From NCBI RefSeq assembly GCF_003918875.1, contig NW_025765111.1:62001-126000 (forward strand): a stretch of 64,000 bases of DNA, given 5' to 3'. The notes beneath the pieces were generated by a model that made no database searches, was not told where the DNA came from, and worked only from the letters and a program-made list of their open reading frames with translations. The stretch's first letter is position 1, and each line of letters starts with the position of its first letter. A program made the position numbers and the translations under genes. Of this stretch, positions 10,248 through 24,600 are shown in pieces. This stretch comes from Haliotis rubra. Its lineage: Eukaryota.

Positions 10248-10544
10248 ATACAGACCGAAGTCAACAGACATATCGGAAGGACAAGATATTGTGTCGCGTA
10301 TCCAGATCTTTCCAAGAACTATCCACTATCAGATTAGGTCAAAGTGATCATGATACAAGATATCCTGACAATGCCCGACAAAAAGGCACAGAAGTTTTGT
10401 GACTGACACTCTTTGTAAATCCTGCTGACCTCGACCTTTAATCTCCGGCACACACAAAGCGGCAAAGCAAATATTGCAGTAATGTATAATGCTAAAGGTA
10501 TACCATTCTTGTAATACATCCTTAATTGTTCTAGATTTGATGTA

Positions 10545-11615
10545 TCATCACAGGCTCACTCATGACATGTTTACCACTCTGATGGCAGAAGTATCTGCGA
10601 TTGTAAACAGTCGCCCAATCGTGTCAACTGATCCAGAATCTCCAACAATCGTCAGTCCATCAGTTCTTCTAACTCACAAGACTGACTCAGTATCAGGTAT
10701 TGGCAACCTAACACCAGTTCATGACTTGAAACATTTATACAAGTCTCAGTGGCAACAAGTGAAATCTTTAGCTGATGCGTTTTGGCACAAATGGAAAGTG
10801 GAGTATTTGCATACGTTACAACCCAGAAGAAAGTGGAGAAGTCCTGAGAGAAATGTCCAAGATGGAGACGTTATTCTTCTTAGTGACAAGAACCTACATC
10901 GAAATCAGTGGAGACTGGGTGTTGTAGTTACTCCTTAATGTTTTAATCTTATATTTTATACATTTTATGCACATATTGTCTAGTGTGCACTGTCTCATTG
11001 GCCATCTGGCCCGGTGTCTGTATTTTTCTATGTCTTTTTACCGTTGCCATTTTTTGACATGTACATTCACGTGACACAAAAATAAACTATTTTGTCTGTC
11101 TGTCTGTCAGTTACTGCTCTACCTAGCGATGATGGGAAAGTCTGTCAAGTTATGCGAACCATGAGAGATGGAAAACCAATAACCTATACTCCGCCAATCA
11201 CCGAGTTAACTCTGCTGTTGCCAGCAGAGCAGCAGTGAATCTTTGATATTGTTGACATCTGATCAGAATTAGTGAAAGACTAATTTAACATGTTCCGGAA
11301 CATTTGAGTTAACGTTAAAGATTCATATTCTCATGAGTTTATCTTAATTTGGTATATATATATATGTGTAATGATATTCAGTATAAATATCATCGGGGGG
11401 TGTGTTCTGTTTCCCATTCTCATCTCTGTTCTTTTTCACATTTTACTTACGCTTCTTTTCTTTTCCGTGTGTTAGTTGTTTTGAAACTCTCGGGGAGTGA
11501 GATAAAAAGTGATGGGCCAGACCGCATGGTCTTATTGGGTTTCGGGTTGGGAGCCAATCTCCCAAATGCGTGTACAAGAGGCACAACTTATGGCTTGCAT
11601 AGAGTAAGTAGTACA
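10545..11615 (+). mobile_element. BEL/Pao LTR-retrotransposon 3' remnant (integrase end/DUF5641-like region, polypurine tract, probable 3' LTR from ~11401)
   Basis: ORF 10489-10938 contains AEVSAIVNSRP...FWHKWKVEYLHTLQPRRKW...GDVILL...WRLGVV; it continues at 11110-11238 (LPSDDGKV...PITELTLL). G-tract at 11395-11400 is followed by TG. LTR end is approximate. Confidence 0.85.
10934..11108 (+). mobile_element. Short non-LTR retroelement 3' fragment inserted in the Pao remnant
   Basis: AATAAA then a (TGTC)n tail; target duplication agttact on both sides; splits the Pao reading frame. Confidence 0.7.
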
Positions 11616-12247
11616 TTCGAATGATCACTGATGTTTCTTGAGAATGTATGAATGTATGAAATACAATTTACCGTTCCAAATATGCTCAATATCTGTTTAT
11701 TATTGTGTGACCGTCACCTTCGCTTTCATTGATTTAGGTATGCGTTTCAGTTTCACAGTAATTATATGTAAACAACTTTATCAGGTTGGTGTATACAGCA
11801 GCAAATGCATTAGTAACAAGGAAATGTAATATTTAATGCAACTGGGTAATTTCGTAATTGGTATGCACTCCACATGTTCGAAATACTGGTTTGAAGCGTC
11901 CGTAAAAGAGTTTTGATTTATACATTGTCCATTACATATGGTTCATTCTCCACTAAACTTGCACATTAACATCATCTGACGTCTTTGTGAAGTTATAAAA
12001 ATATTTACACGATCTTTTAACATTCTGTTACATTGGAACTACAACAAAGGTGGACATAAATAAAAACATATCACAATCACTTCGTAGGAAGGGTACAAGA
12101 AACGTCTGTTAATCCCACACAATGCTGTTATGTGATTTTTCGTTTGTCTTCGACAGTGTGTATTTCAGTCAGTACACCTTTTGTTGATCAATTTGTCTAT
12201 TTACAGCTGTCTGAAATGTTCTAATTTGCCACAGTATTCTAATAAAT

Positions 12248-12335
12248 ATGTGTGAAGCCCATTTCTGGTGTCCCCCGCCGTGATGTTGCTGGAATATTGC
12301 TAAAAGCGGCGTAAAACTAAACTCAGTCAGTCAGT
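12248..12335 (+). mobile_element. SINE family A, 5'-truncated
   Basis: 3' half and (AGTC)n tail; flanking ctaataaatat duplicated. Confidence 0.85.
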
Positions 12336-12571
12336 CTAATAAATATTTATGTGTAGCCCTGAACGTCATATTTTGTGTTGTATTTTGTTTCTTTATACCA
12401 AATTATGTGTCTTGAAATATGTCACCAGATACGTTACGCACTTTCAAGCGTTCATCAAACTCCTCTTAACAGCAACAGGACGTTTTATGTTTACCATAAT
12501 TCATTTGCCTCAAGGTTTGTTGTTGAAATTTACTGAACTGAACAACAACTACCATTCGTTCATAAAACTTC

Positions 12572-12920
12572 GACCGCCTCCGTGGTGTAGTGGTTAGAGC
12601 GTCCGGAGAGCGGAGAGTCGCGGGTTCGATCCCCGACCGCGATATACCAAAAGAGGTTAAAATATGGTACTTGTTGGTCCCTGCCTGGCGCTCGGCATTA
12701 ATGGGTACAACAAGGACTGATCGGCTCGGAGTCAGTATAATGTGTCTGAGTGGGGTATTCATGCTTCTCTGCGGCATGGTATCTCAGTGGGCTAGCACTA
12801 TAAAACCAGCTTAAGTCTGGGCTAGTACAAGCAGCCGCACATACACATGCACACGCATGCACGTCGTCATATGAGCGAAATATTCTCAAGCACGACGTAA
12901 AACCCAATTTCACCTCATAC
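12572..12920 (+). mobile_element. tRNA-derived SINE, family C (V-domain-like centre)
   Basis: A box gtggtgtagtggtt, B box ggttcgatccc, centre ggctcggagtcagtataatgtgtctgagtgggg...gctagcactataaaa. A diverged relative lies at ~61975-62270. Confidence 0.8.
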
Positions 12921-13578
12921 AACTTCACAATGTTGTCTCGATGGAGAGAAACAGCTGGCCATTGCAGAATAGCAGCGTGTGGCAGCCATTTTCCCGCTGC
13001 GACGTGACGTGACGTCCCGGCAGTATAGTAATGATCTCGAAAGATGTCGGTCTAGTCGCGTTCGAATCCTGATTATATTGTGTTTCTTGGTTTATCTACC
13101 TCATACCTCCTCCTGTGGCTTCAATAGTGTACCGCCGTTGGCTTTGCGTCTTACATTCAGATATCCCTAGGTGATATATCTGAAACATTTACGGCGTCGA
13201 ACCCACTCACTCACCCACTCTGTACAGCCGTGTTACCCCAGTTGTGAAACATCAAGTGCGTGCACTTACCCCGGTCAAATGTACACTAACAAAAACAAGT
13301 AGGACTTGATTGTTTCGGAACAATTATTTATTTACTTGAGCAACAAAAATACATTAAACATGTTAGTCATTACTCTAGGTAAACAGAACGCAAACAGGAT
13401 ACAATACAGGTCAAAATCAACAATTAAACCTTGAAACCGAATGGAAATAAACACAAAGTACGGATTTCTAGAGTGATACGTTCATAAAATATCGGTAATG
13501 ACGGAGAAAATATCAGAACGATGACATATAATCTTCCAAGGAGATCCCATAGCTTGTGTTGTATATAGAATGACACTA

Positions 13579-13741
13579 GTGAGTGAGTGAGTTGTGTTTT
13601 ACGCCGCTTTTAGCAATATTCCAGCAATATCGGCGGGGGACACCAGAAATGGGTTTCACACATTGTACCCATGTGTGGAATCGAACCCGGTCCCTTTGGC
13701 GTAACGAGCCAACGCTTTAACCACTAGGCTACCCCACCGCT
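13579..13741 (-). mobile_element. SINE family A
   Basis: Full reverse copy; target duplication agaatgacactag. Confidence 0.9.
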
Positions 13742-13869
13742 CCAGAATGACACTAGGAATATGGAAAGATGTTCGGGAAATATAGGATGGGGGTTCAGTG
13801 TTTCTATTTCAATCTCAAATCATTTACCCTTTTTCACAGACATGTTATTTCAGTATGAAGACCATAGAT

Positions 13870-14042
13870 TTGTTTGTTTGTTGTTTAACGCCGCACTCAG
13901 CAATTTTACAGCTATATGGCGGCGGTTTGCCAATAATCGAGTCTGAACAAGAACATCCAGAGATCAACATCATGAGCATCGTTCTCCGCGATTGGGGTAC
14001 GATGACAAGTGTCAACCAGGTCAGTGAGCATGACCGCCCGAT
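13870..14042 (-). mobile_element. SINE-like family B, partial
   Basis: Reverse similarity to the family B 3' part. Confidence 0.75.
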
Positions 14043-14887
14043 GGGGACTGAAAGAATAAGTTCTTGGGACTGTATTAATTTGTGTGCTGATCAAGACGAC
14101 ATACAAAAATAAATACCAATGTGGTAATTTTGTGAGTGTATCAGTGAAACGTTATCTACACGGAATTGACAGAACAAATGCGGATGGATACACCAGATTC
14201 ATTCGCGGGAATTAAGTGGAAAATCACGTGGAAATTATGAAATCGCCAGAATTCTGGATTTGTGTAAGGGGATATCGGAACAGGCATATTCGTCTCGCAT
14301 CTTTCGTATCGCTTTATTTTTCACCAATAATACGAAAAAGACTTTGTTCTGCACTGGAAATTCCATCAGTTGCCAATGATACTTCTGTAAACTTGGTGGG
14401 CACAGGTAACGACTTGTATTGCCCAATTAAACCATTTCCTTTATAAACATGCAATATATTTTCAAACAGAACAAAGGTGCAAAGATATTGAAGTGTAGCA
14501 GATTAGAAATCTATATTTGTATAATCACAATTATTTGTAAAATATGTACAATATACAGAGTAAAAATATAGCACAATTTCCTATCTTGGAATAATAATGT
14601 ATATGGATATGATTAGTCAGACGAAATAGCCAGTAACCGATGTTATATGCACAGTCATAGTGAGACACATTTAATTTATTGTTATCATCTTGTAATAATT
14701 GTTTATCCATTCCTTTACTTATATGGGATACTGAATTTATATACAACGGTCACTTTCTAAGCTTACAGCAATATTCCAGAATTAATATAACCATTCGGTA
14801 TTCAGCCTTCGGTTGTTTTCACTAGATCATGTGACACATCAAACTCATTCTCCCGCATGCGCAGAGACCAACATACCTACGCACACA

Positions 14888-14984
14888 TCAGATAGTGCAC
14901 GGAATCAGATAGTGGTAGCAGTGGTCACGAGATGAATTCCGATCTCTGATTACTTTTCCGATTTCGTCAAGCTCGGCGACGAAT
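14888..14984 (-). CDS. LOX-like last exon ([32 protein letters not shown])
   Basis: F...L..I...I..RN....Y.YL.P motif; stops six residues before the canonical PNSxxI terminus. Confidence 0.88.
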
Positions 14985-17900
14985 CTGTAAACAGACAAAT
15001 ATGCTAGACTAAGTATAATGGTTACAAGATGATTTGTTTACAAGACTACACAGAGTTGTCTCCCTTTCATCATCTCCCCAAACAACAACTGCCCTTCCTG
15101 GGACTGTATTCATTATAAACACCTTGTCAGATATGCCGGTCAACGTGGACCATAACATACCACAAGCATGTGAGCTCATGTCTGGTATGTACTAGTTTAT
15201 GCTTTTGTATATGTTTGCGCTAAACGTAATTTTAACCAACTGAATTCGAAGGCACATCATCATGTGGTGTCAAATGTTAAATTTAGCACCATGCAACCGT
15301 TTAAACCTATTCTTGAATTTAATTAGTAAATATTGTTGTAACAGCAAGCTCATTGTGCTTATGATTTTGTTCACATGGCTACCGACTATGACTGAGAAAG
15401 AAGTACTTTACTACAAATCGAAGGTTTTACTCATAAGTGAAATTCCTTTGAAACCTCTGATTGGCATATGAGGATCGGGCGTTTGCCACATTCATGGAAG
15501 AACATATATATGAACGTATAAATAATATCTCCATCAAGTTCGGAAAGCCTTCAGGTCCTTGTTCAAACCGGTGTCTCATGAATGTGGCCCGATAGGTTGC
15601 AAAGTTTTATGTTTAGATAGTATTGAGGGCTTGCCCAACTTTCATTTTTTATAACACCTGCAGTGTTATCGTTTGACGTTTAATGATTTTAATCACTTCC
15701 AAATGTTGTTTTCTTATCATTTTGAAGTCATAAGGAGAACTGAGAGCAGTCTGCCATTAATTGTAGTCAATATGATTCATATAGGGATTACCATTTTTTA
15801 AATTGTTCTGATAACGGGATTGTATGTATTTTTGGCAAGAATTTGAAAAAAGATTTTTTTAGCAAACAACGTGTGTAAGCCCGTTTTTTTAAAAACAAAA
15901 CATGGTAGCTACGCCCCTGGTTCCTGATCCACTTTTGATCAGTCTCAGTATGCGTCGTGCAAATAAACCAGCCATGAGTGATGGGTACTTGGTGCTATCG
16001 GCACACAGTTGATGCCCTTGAGACACCACGAACGAGGTTATCGTATGTACCCAATAACCCCTTGACCATAACTAAAATTAAAAGACCGCCGAAGTAGTCA
16101 AATACCTTGTGTGTATGTCTGCAGCCCGTGGGTCATACAAGTACATGGAGTCCCTATCTCCCAGAATCCCCTTGTTGACTGTGTCCGACAGGACTTGCGC
16201 CAGTGCCACGCCCTGATCCCAGTTGGTGTCGGTCTGCAGGGCGTTCAAGACGTCCGACTCCTCATGGGGCGTCTAGCAAGTGACCAATATAATAATTATG
16301 TATGCATACGTTTTGAAACATCAACATCAACCAATATTCCAGCAGTAGTAACAGGCAGTGATGAAATGTCTATAAATGGATCACTGAAAATGTGTGCTGA
16401 CACCAGAGGTTCGAAAATAGGGTCGACAGGTCCTGCTCTATGTGAAGCATCCACCATACACACTTTTGTTAATAACAAAAGTGAGAGTGAGAGTGAAACT
16501 CAGAATAGTGGAATAGTATCTCGAATCATACTGACAAGCAACGAGTAATATTTAGCAAATTATAGACCGTATGTCTTCTATGAAATTTCTGCAATAGCTT
16601 GGTGGTGGTATCGGTTGTGTAACCTTAAAAAAGCTTAGTTGAGCAAAATACGAAGTCAATAAAAAGTACATGCTCTAACATGAGAATAATCTTGTGCTGG
16701 TTGCATCGGTTTTACGTTCATGAATAGGCTTCAGGCGTTATACACATCTGGGGATTTGAACTCGTGTGGCGCAACAACGCATGCCAACAGAAGATGAATA
16801 AAAGCGACAAAGGGCATAACATGATCGACATAATCCGTTCCATATTTCATAAGAGATCTTTGCCAAAAGCAGAGTCGTGTATCCGGCTTCGGCCTTTACC
16901 ACAAGCATATGTCCATATATAACCACAAGACAACAAGGCGTTCGCGAAAATGTGAGCATATCTCGCCGGAGCAGCAACATTCGTAACAAACACACGCAAA
17001 GGCAAGTCAACTGCCAACCTCAACAAACCTCTTACAAGACATTTTACAAGCCTGAACAGGGAACAACATCGGACATCTCTGCTAATAGTTGACTGCATTG
17101 TACAATTCATATGATAAGCATGAATCACTCTCAAATAGTGATGAAACACTGCCCATTTGACTAAAATCTTAACTCACTCACTACTCACTCATATACTAGA
17201 TGAAGGGGATTTAACCCAAACCAATACAAATACACATTTTAACACACATGGAACACACGACTTTAAGAGCAGTAAAGGGGTTAAAAGGAAAACGAATCAA
17301 ATATTGGGTAAAAGGTTTCAAAACACTAGGATTTAACCTTGTTTTAAGTGATACAGTGACTGGAATAACAACAGGTCTTGGAAGGAATGGATTCAACTTT
17401 CAAAAAGTGATGTCTTGCTCCAGATGGTAAAACAGAATATCAAGAGTTGAAAGAAGTTAATGGATCCTCTAAAAGTATAAAAAAAAATCCAATTACGCTA
17501 TATAACAACCCCGTTCTTTTCGTGTAAAAGTTCTGTTTTCTCACATGCACATTTTTTCATAATTTATCTTAATCCTACAGTTTTCTTCAGCCTCTTTAGT
17601 TAGATGGGATTGGTTATTACTATAAAGACTGAACTCATGTTAAGTACCATTATGATATTAATGAACAGGGAGAAAAATATTACACTTCCGAAGCAATACC
17701 TTATCGGCTGGGGGTGCGCCGCTTAGCTTCAGTGGGTAGTTGGGTGGGAAGCCGTACGAATCATACATAGCCCCGCCAACTGCCGCTTGCTGCGCAGTGC
17801 ACGTGAAGATGATTGACGTGACCAGATCTTGAAGCTGTTCCGGTTTACACACACTACCGTCACCAGGTAGACCCTGCAGTCAACAAACCATGCTGGATTG

Positions 17901-20900
17901 GATGATATGACCTTGTCAATATTTACATAAATGTATAGTAATAAAATATATCATAATTAAATTATCCGTGATGATCCGGGTAAGAATTGGTGTTCAGTTT
18001 GTCGCAATAGACGTTTTACAGGATCGGGTGGTCAGGCGGGGTATTCGTGTTAAGGCGACTTTTTAGTTTCAGGTATTCGCGTTAAGGCGACTTGGTTGAC
18101 ACGTCACTTAGTTTTCTTAACATTAATAGTCAGATGATTATTTTTGCGCCAGTCTGAATCTTAAGCCGAAAGTGGCCCTCTGAGCTGCTCATTAGTCATG
18201 TTAATATCAGCGTCATGGGTGAATTTAATTATATGAGATCCAGTGGAGTCACACCCATATGTAGCATGAACAATACCGGTGGTAAAACACTACCTTGAGG
18301 AACTCCTGTATCGTTAACCTAAGGTTGATGACAACGTGCTGTTTACACATTCGTGCTGTGCGCGACTTAATCCAGCCATTGGTATATTGTTGACCTTCAT
18401 AATGGCGAGTTTCTGCATTAGCATGTGGAGCTGTATCGTACTGAATGCTGAAGAAAAGTGATACAGTCGCGTACTCTACACCTCACCTGATTGCTATTGA
18501 CGTGCTTTGACGGTTTGATATCTCACCTCTATCCCCATGCCGCCATCTTCCTTGCAGGTGGCCATTTCCTTCAGCCAGTTCTGTAGTTCTGTATCGTTCT
18601 GGATGCTGTCGGGGTCAGCTGGAAGCGAAAAAGATCAGTTTGATCATATACATACACATGTTTACTGAAACGTTTATTCTCATTGAAGAGAAGCTTAATA
18701 CTTTGCATCTTTACGTCCCTTTACACTTGCCCACTTTACACTTGACGCGGAATGAGCCGGAATGCTGTCAGAATGAGAATTCCTGGAATATCAAACTTCA
18801 TTCTAAAACTTCTTACTGCACTCCGAAAGCATTTCAACTATTCGGGCCAATTCTTGTAACATGCCCGAATGTTTTGAACATGTTAAAAAATTTCGAGGTA
18901 CATTCGTAGAGGGAAAATATCGAACGGTATTTGAAGCGTATTCTAACCGCATTCTAAGTATTCTTACTGCATACTGGCTGCATTGAGAGTATTCTGAACG
19001 TATTCGAAGGAGAATGGATGCTCAAAATGATATCGTTTATTGTTTCAACAACGGCAGTTTAATATATTCGAACTTGGACCAGATAATTCAGAGGTCGATA
19101 TTGTGAGCAACGACCCTCGCCGTCAGGACTCGATGGCACGACATTGCCCGATCACCCGATCTATTGGTGGCCTCTTACGACCACCATTGGTTGCTGTGGT
19201 TAACGTTGAGGTGACGGTATCGTACCGTAGTATACCATGGTGTACTTGATGACGTAGTTCTGTATGGCGTAGTAGAGCAGCATGCCGTCGTCACGGTAGT
19301 TGTAGTTGGGGAGGACGCGGATGTCGGACACCTGTGGGTCGTACACACAAAGTAAGATCAACACCCTGCATCTGTATTTCAGCATAAATTCAGCAATGGC
19401 TCTTACAACTGGAGTTAAAATATTGAAGATCGATCATATGATATTCTGAGAGATGGGTCAGCTGTATAGGAAGGACAGGGGGTACAAATGTTTGGGGTTT
19501 CCGAGAATATGTTTGATAAAAAATGTCAATGTCTTGGACTGTTGAACAAAACCCCAGAAATTCTGTCTCAAACAATACGCTGATGCTAGATTTCTTTTTA
19601 ATTTGTAATTTAGGCTCATGTTTTTAAATGAAAATGGTTTTGCCGCTGTACCTTAACAAATAGTCTCCAAATAAAATTCCCTCCCCTCCACGTACCCCCC
19701 CACACCACCGCCAGAGTATTAATGGTGGTTCCATTTATGCCTATACACTCATGGATGGCGGTTTATGACGCGTTGTTCTGTCCTGTCAGATCGAAATGTG
19801 TTAAGGAGGAGGAGTTAGAGTGAGTGAGTATGATTTTATGCCGCTCTCAACAATATTACAGCAACATCATAGCGGAGACTCGAGATATTGGCTTCAATTT
19901 TACCAAGTGGCAAATCGGACCAGTGCCTCCATTAGCCACAAGGCTGCGTTACCCATTAGAAAATTAAAATTAGGAGAAGCAGGCTTTTGTAAATAACCAA
20001 TTAATTTCACATACTCAATTAAACACATATCTAGGACTTTTTTTATCATTGATATCATGTATGAATTTAACATCGGAAATCAGTCCACACACTCAGCCTA
20101 TGACTCACAAAGACACCTCCACACACCAGTCCACACACTCAGCCTATGACTCACAAAGACACCACCACACACCAGTCCACACACTCAGCCTATGACTCAC
20201 AAAGACACCTCCACACACCTGTCCACCCCACCCCCCTATGACTCACCGACACCTCCACACACAAGTCCACACACAAAGCCTATGACTCACAAATACACCT
20301 CCACACACAAGTCCACACACAAAGCCTATGACTCACAAAGACACCTCCACACACAAGTCCACACTCTCAGCCTATGACTCACAAAGACACCTCCACACAC
20401 CTGTCCACCCCACCCCCCTATGACTCACTGACACCTCCATACATTCACACACAAGTCCACATACTCAGCCTATGACTCACAAATACACCTCCACACATCA
20501 GTCCACACTCAGCCTCTGACTCACAAAGACACCCCCACACATTCACACACCAGTTCACACACTCAGCCTCTGACTCACAAAGACGCCTCCACACATTCAG
20601 TCACAAACCCATACACCGATTCACTTCGTGTACTTGAAGGTAGATTTACGACAAATACAAGCTTTAAATGCAGTCATGTACTGTCATTGTCAACGTTAAG
20701 AGAACAAACTTCAGATTAGTGCCGCATTCAACCTTTCTCACGAACACGTTTACATATATCTCCGTTTATAACACCCTGTTTACAAGGCTTTATTATCGAA
20801 CCACTAACAATTCAAATCGATAACGAACAGGCGTTTATCGAACACCACGACACTGAGTGCATCACATCAAATTTCATTTACAGATATTTACACGTAACGT

Positions 20901-21622
20901 ACAAGGAGTTTCACATATGAAGCGCAATAGATGCAGACTGTAAAACCAGTCTTTCTCAATAAGATCGAAGATGTAACACTGAAACTGGGCGACAGAGCGA
21001 CCCATTACATGTGGACATAACACAAGATATGTTATCGATTAATCATCTTATGTACATCGATGTGACTATTTAAGTCAGCTACTTTCATCGTTATGTGGTC
21101 GCCCTACCTACCCCTCTTTTAACGACGTCTTCTGGGAGACAGCTGTTGACATTAAAGCGCCATGACTCAAGTCTGGAAGAGAAATGTAACTACAGTCACG
21201 TTGGGTTCCTTCACATGAAAACAGCTGGTGATCGGGTATATTATGAAATGCGTCCATTTTTCAACCAAATCGCAGTATCCTATGGGAAGTTTCAACATAA
21301 TACATAAACAATACTTTCTTCTCTATTGTAACACGTAGTACTAATAAAATGAATTTAAAAACAAACAAAAACGTTCTCAAAGTCCACCACTCTGTTTAAC
21401 ACCACACTCAGCAATATTCCAGCTATATAACAGCGGTTTGTGAATAATCGAATCTGGACCAGACAATCCAGTGATTGACATCATGAACATCGATCTACGC
21501 AATTGGGATACGATCACATTCATCAACGACGTCAGCGAGTCTGACCACCCGATCCCGTTAGTCGCCTTTTACGACAAGCATTGCGACAAACGCATCACGT
21601 AGGAAAGTGCACAAAAATTTTC

Positions 21623-21667
<45 letters not shown>

Positions 21668-24600
21668 CCAAGAGTGATAATTAAACCATTGCATTCGTTA
21701 CAGAGGCAAGAGACGGAACTGACTGTTTCATGTGTTAAGTCTCTCTGATGTATGAAATCAAATCAACTGTAAACATTAGAACACAGATATTCTTTTTCTA
21801 TGATTTATTAACACATACCCAATTTCTAAACTGGGACACCAGACTATGTTGACTGGTGAGAACTAATATGTGCGGGACGGGAATGTGAAACTTATTCCTG
21901 TTATTTAGAAGTTATATTTATTAACAATAGTATAATTGGTAATACTGCTGTTTTTGTGAGGTAGCTCGAGTGTGTTCTTGTGGGGTGGTTCTTGTGGTTC
22001 TTAGCAAATGTGGCCTCTCGGAATTGAGTTCATACATTTCACCTAGACGTGGGAACAGAACTAGGGCATTGGCGTTACGTGCGGACGCTTCATCCACTAG
22101 GCTATTTTCCTCCTACATTCATATATACAGGCGTATTTGCTGTATCTGGTTTCAAAGTTTCAAGGTATTACTTCAACAGTTAGAGTGAAAGTTACTTTTT
22201 TCTGAATGCAGTGGGCTATTTTCCTCCTATGTTTTTATATTTAAAGGATTCGCTGTAAATTAATATGTTTAGCTGCGCACTGATTTGTTAATTTGATAGA
22301 AGGCTTTGCTGTATTTAGTTTCAAGGTATTTCTTTCAAGAGCCAGCGTGGCGTGTACTTTTTTCTGAATACAGTTAAAGAACTGCATGCCCGACTAAATT
22401 ATTTTTCAGAAAAACGTCTTATTTCTCATCCCTACTTTGTTTTGATAATTTCTCCACCTGCCTAGCCTGCTTTCTGGAGTTCTAGTGACGGGCATATGTC
22501 AGCTTGTTAGAAGACATATTAAAAACTTTAGACGTTCGTTCAAGTATTTGTTAGTGGCATAATTGGTTTCCTTCATTCTCCTTCCCATTGATTGAAATCA
22601 TACACCTTCAAAATCATCTTGTCCACGTAAGCTGAATAGCGCACCTTGTCAGCCAACAACGACATATACTCAGTCTGTGTAAACATTTTCCAGTGATGTG
22701 TATGAAAATAACAAAGATTTTGTTACCGTATTGATGTTTAGTATTTTTGCAATTCATCCGTCTCTTTACAAACGGATTTTATGCGCGTGTTGTCGATTTC
22801 GAACTTTGTTAGAATTTAACGAGGCGCATCACACATTCATAATTGTGTCCATGCGTGACACAGATAAATCGAAATGCAGTCTGGATGTCTAGCTGAGTTA
22901 TGTAATGGAGGTATTGAAGGGAGTGAGTTTGGTTTTACGCCGCTTTTAGCAATAGTCCAGCAATATCACGGCGAGGAACAAAAATGGGCTTCACACATTG
23001 TACCCTTGCGGGGAATCGAACCCGGTTCTTCGGCGTGACGAGCGAACGCCTTAACCACTAGGCTACACCACCGCCCCTGGAGGTATTGAAGGGCAATCAA
23101 CTGAACATTTGCAATTGTCGGATAACCAAACAGGTGCGGAATGAGTGAATGAGTTTAGTTTACGCCGCACTCAGCAATATTCCAGCTATATGACGCGGGT
23201 TGTAAATAACTGAGTCTGGACCACATAACCCTGTGATCAACATCATGAGCATCGATCTACGGAATTGGGATACGATGACACTTGTCAACCAAGTCAGCGA
23301 GCCTGACAACCCGATCCCGTTAGTCGACAAGCATGGGTTACTGAAGATCAATCCTAACCACGGATCTTCACGGGTAAACAGATGGGGACAAACAATTAGA
23401 CAACAACAATTTGTATCTACATCCAGGAAAGACTTAATCAAAATACATATGTTCTGTATGTTCGGTGCACATGGGGATACCCCTACGTTTGTTAATTATT
23501 TCCAAAACAAATTAAACCAATGTTAACCCATACATTCTATAACTGTATTCCTTGAAAAAGTATTATCAGCCGGGGCACCGTTTAGACTTTTTAGGGTTTT
23601 TAGATACCCCGAAATCCATATTCAGGAAAATGAGCATTTAACATTATCATATTGTGATTTTGGTATGACGCAGTTAAGCAGTCAATACAAACAATATTCT
23701 GCGGTAGATATGATCCTGTCATTTTAACATGCAATCAGATGCTCATGATATAGTCTGAATCGGACAATCGGCTTTCCTTTTAACAAAGGTTTCTTATGGC
23801 TGTGAAAAAGGGTTTTGTCGCTTTGGTTTGAAAAAATATATGTCCTTCGTCAGAAAATAACACACGTTACGTTTGTGTTAAAAATCTGTTTTATATAGAA
23901 TTATGCAATAAGCGTTGAATAAAACAAAAACGTGCGTGTTTCGTCAGACAATTCTACATGATGCTATTACTTTAAGAACAGATTACACTGTATGGAATCA
24001 TATAGTGGGTAATGCATATTGCAAAAGAAGTGTTTCGTCAGGAAATACAGTGAACCATTGTCTTTTAAATGACTAACTGTTAAGGAACTGTTTTGTGATA
24101 GTACTATAACAAGGGTTTGTCAAAGATATTACATGATACAACTTTGTCAAAAAAGACTCCATAGGGAATCAAAGAGAAAGGTGCCCATAAAGCAGAACAA
24201 AATTTTGTCTGAAAACAATACATGATTTATTTGTGTTTAAAATGAGAATATTATATGTCAGTCCCAAGCGGTGAATAACATTTCCCATGTTTTAATACAA
24301 TGCATAGATGTTGTATATGCATGTCTGTATGATTCTTTCACTACTGACAAACATGATGAAAATGGCAAAGGTTAAGATAAGTTATAGTTCTGTCTTCTTT
24401 ACAGCGAAGTGTGCTGAAACTAAAACCAACATGGTCGCCGCTTATAGTTGCAAAATCGCAGCGTTAAGCAATAGTCACTTCTAAAACTAACATGGCATAA
24501 CACATTACTCTTTGTGTCACAAGCTCACTGTTTATGCATCATCACCTTGTGTGTAAACCGTTGTTTCTCGAACGGTCGCAGATGTCGACGTATTGAACAG

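Noticed and set aside
474-11615. Gag at 474 and the integrase remnant at 10545 as one LTR retrotransposon
   Set aside because: The Gag is Ty3/gypsy-like and the remnant is BEL/Pao-like. No protease or RT lies between them, there is no matching 5' LTR, and the interval holds spliceosomal exons.
3177-12640. tRNA genes at 3177-3250 and 12572-12640
   Set aside because: The A/B boxes run directly into SINE bodies and tails; these are SINE heads, not tRNA genes.
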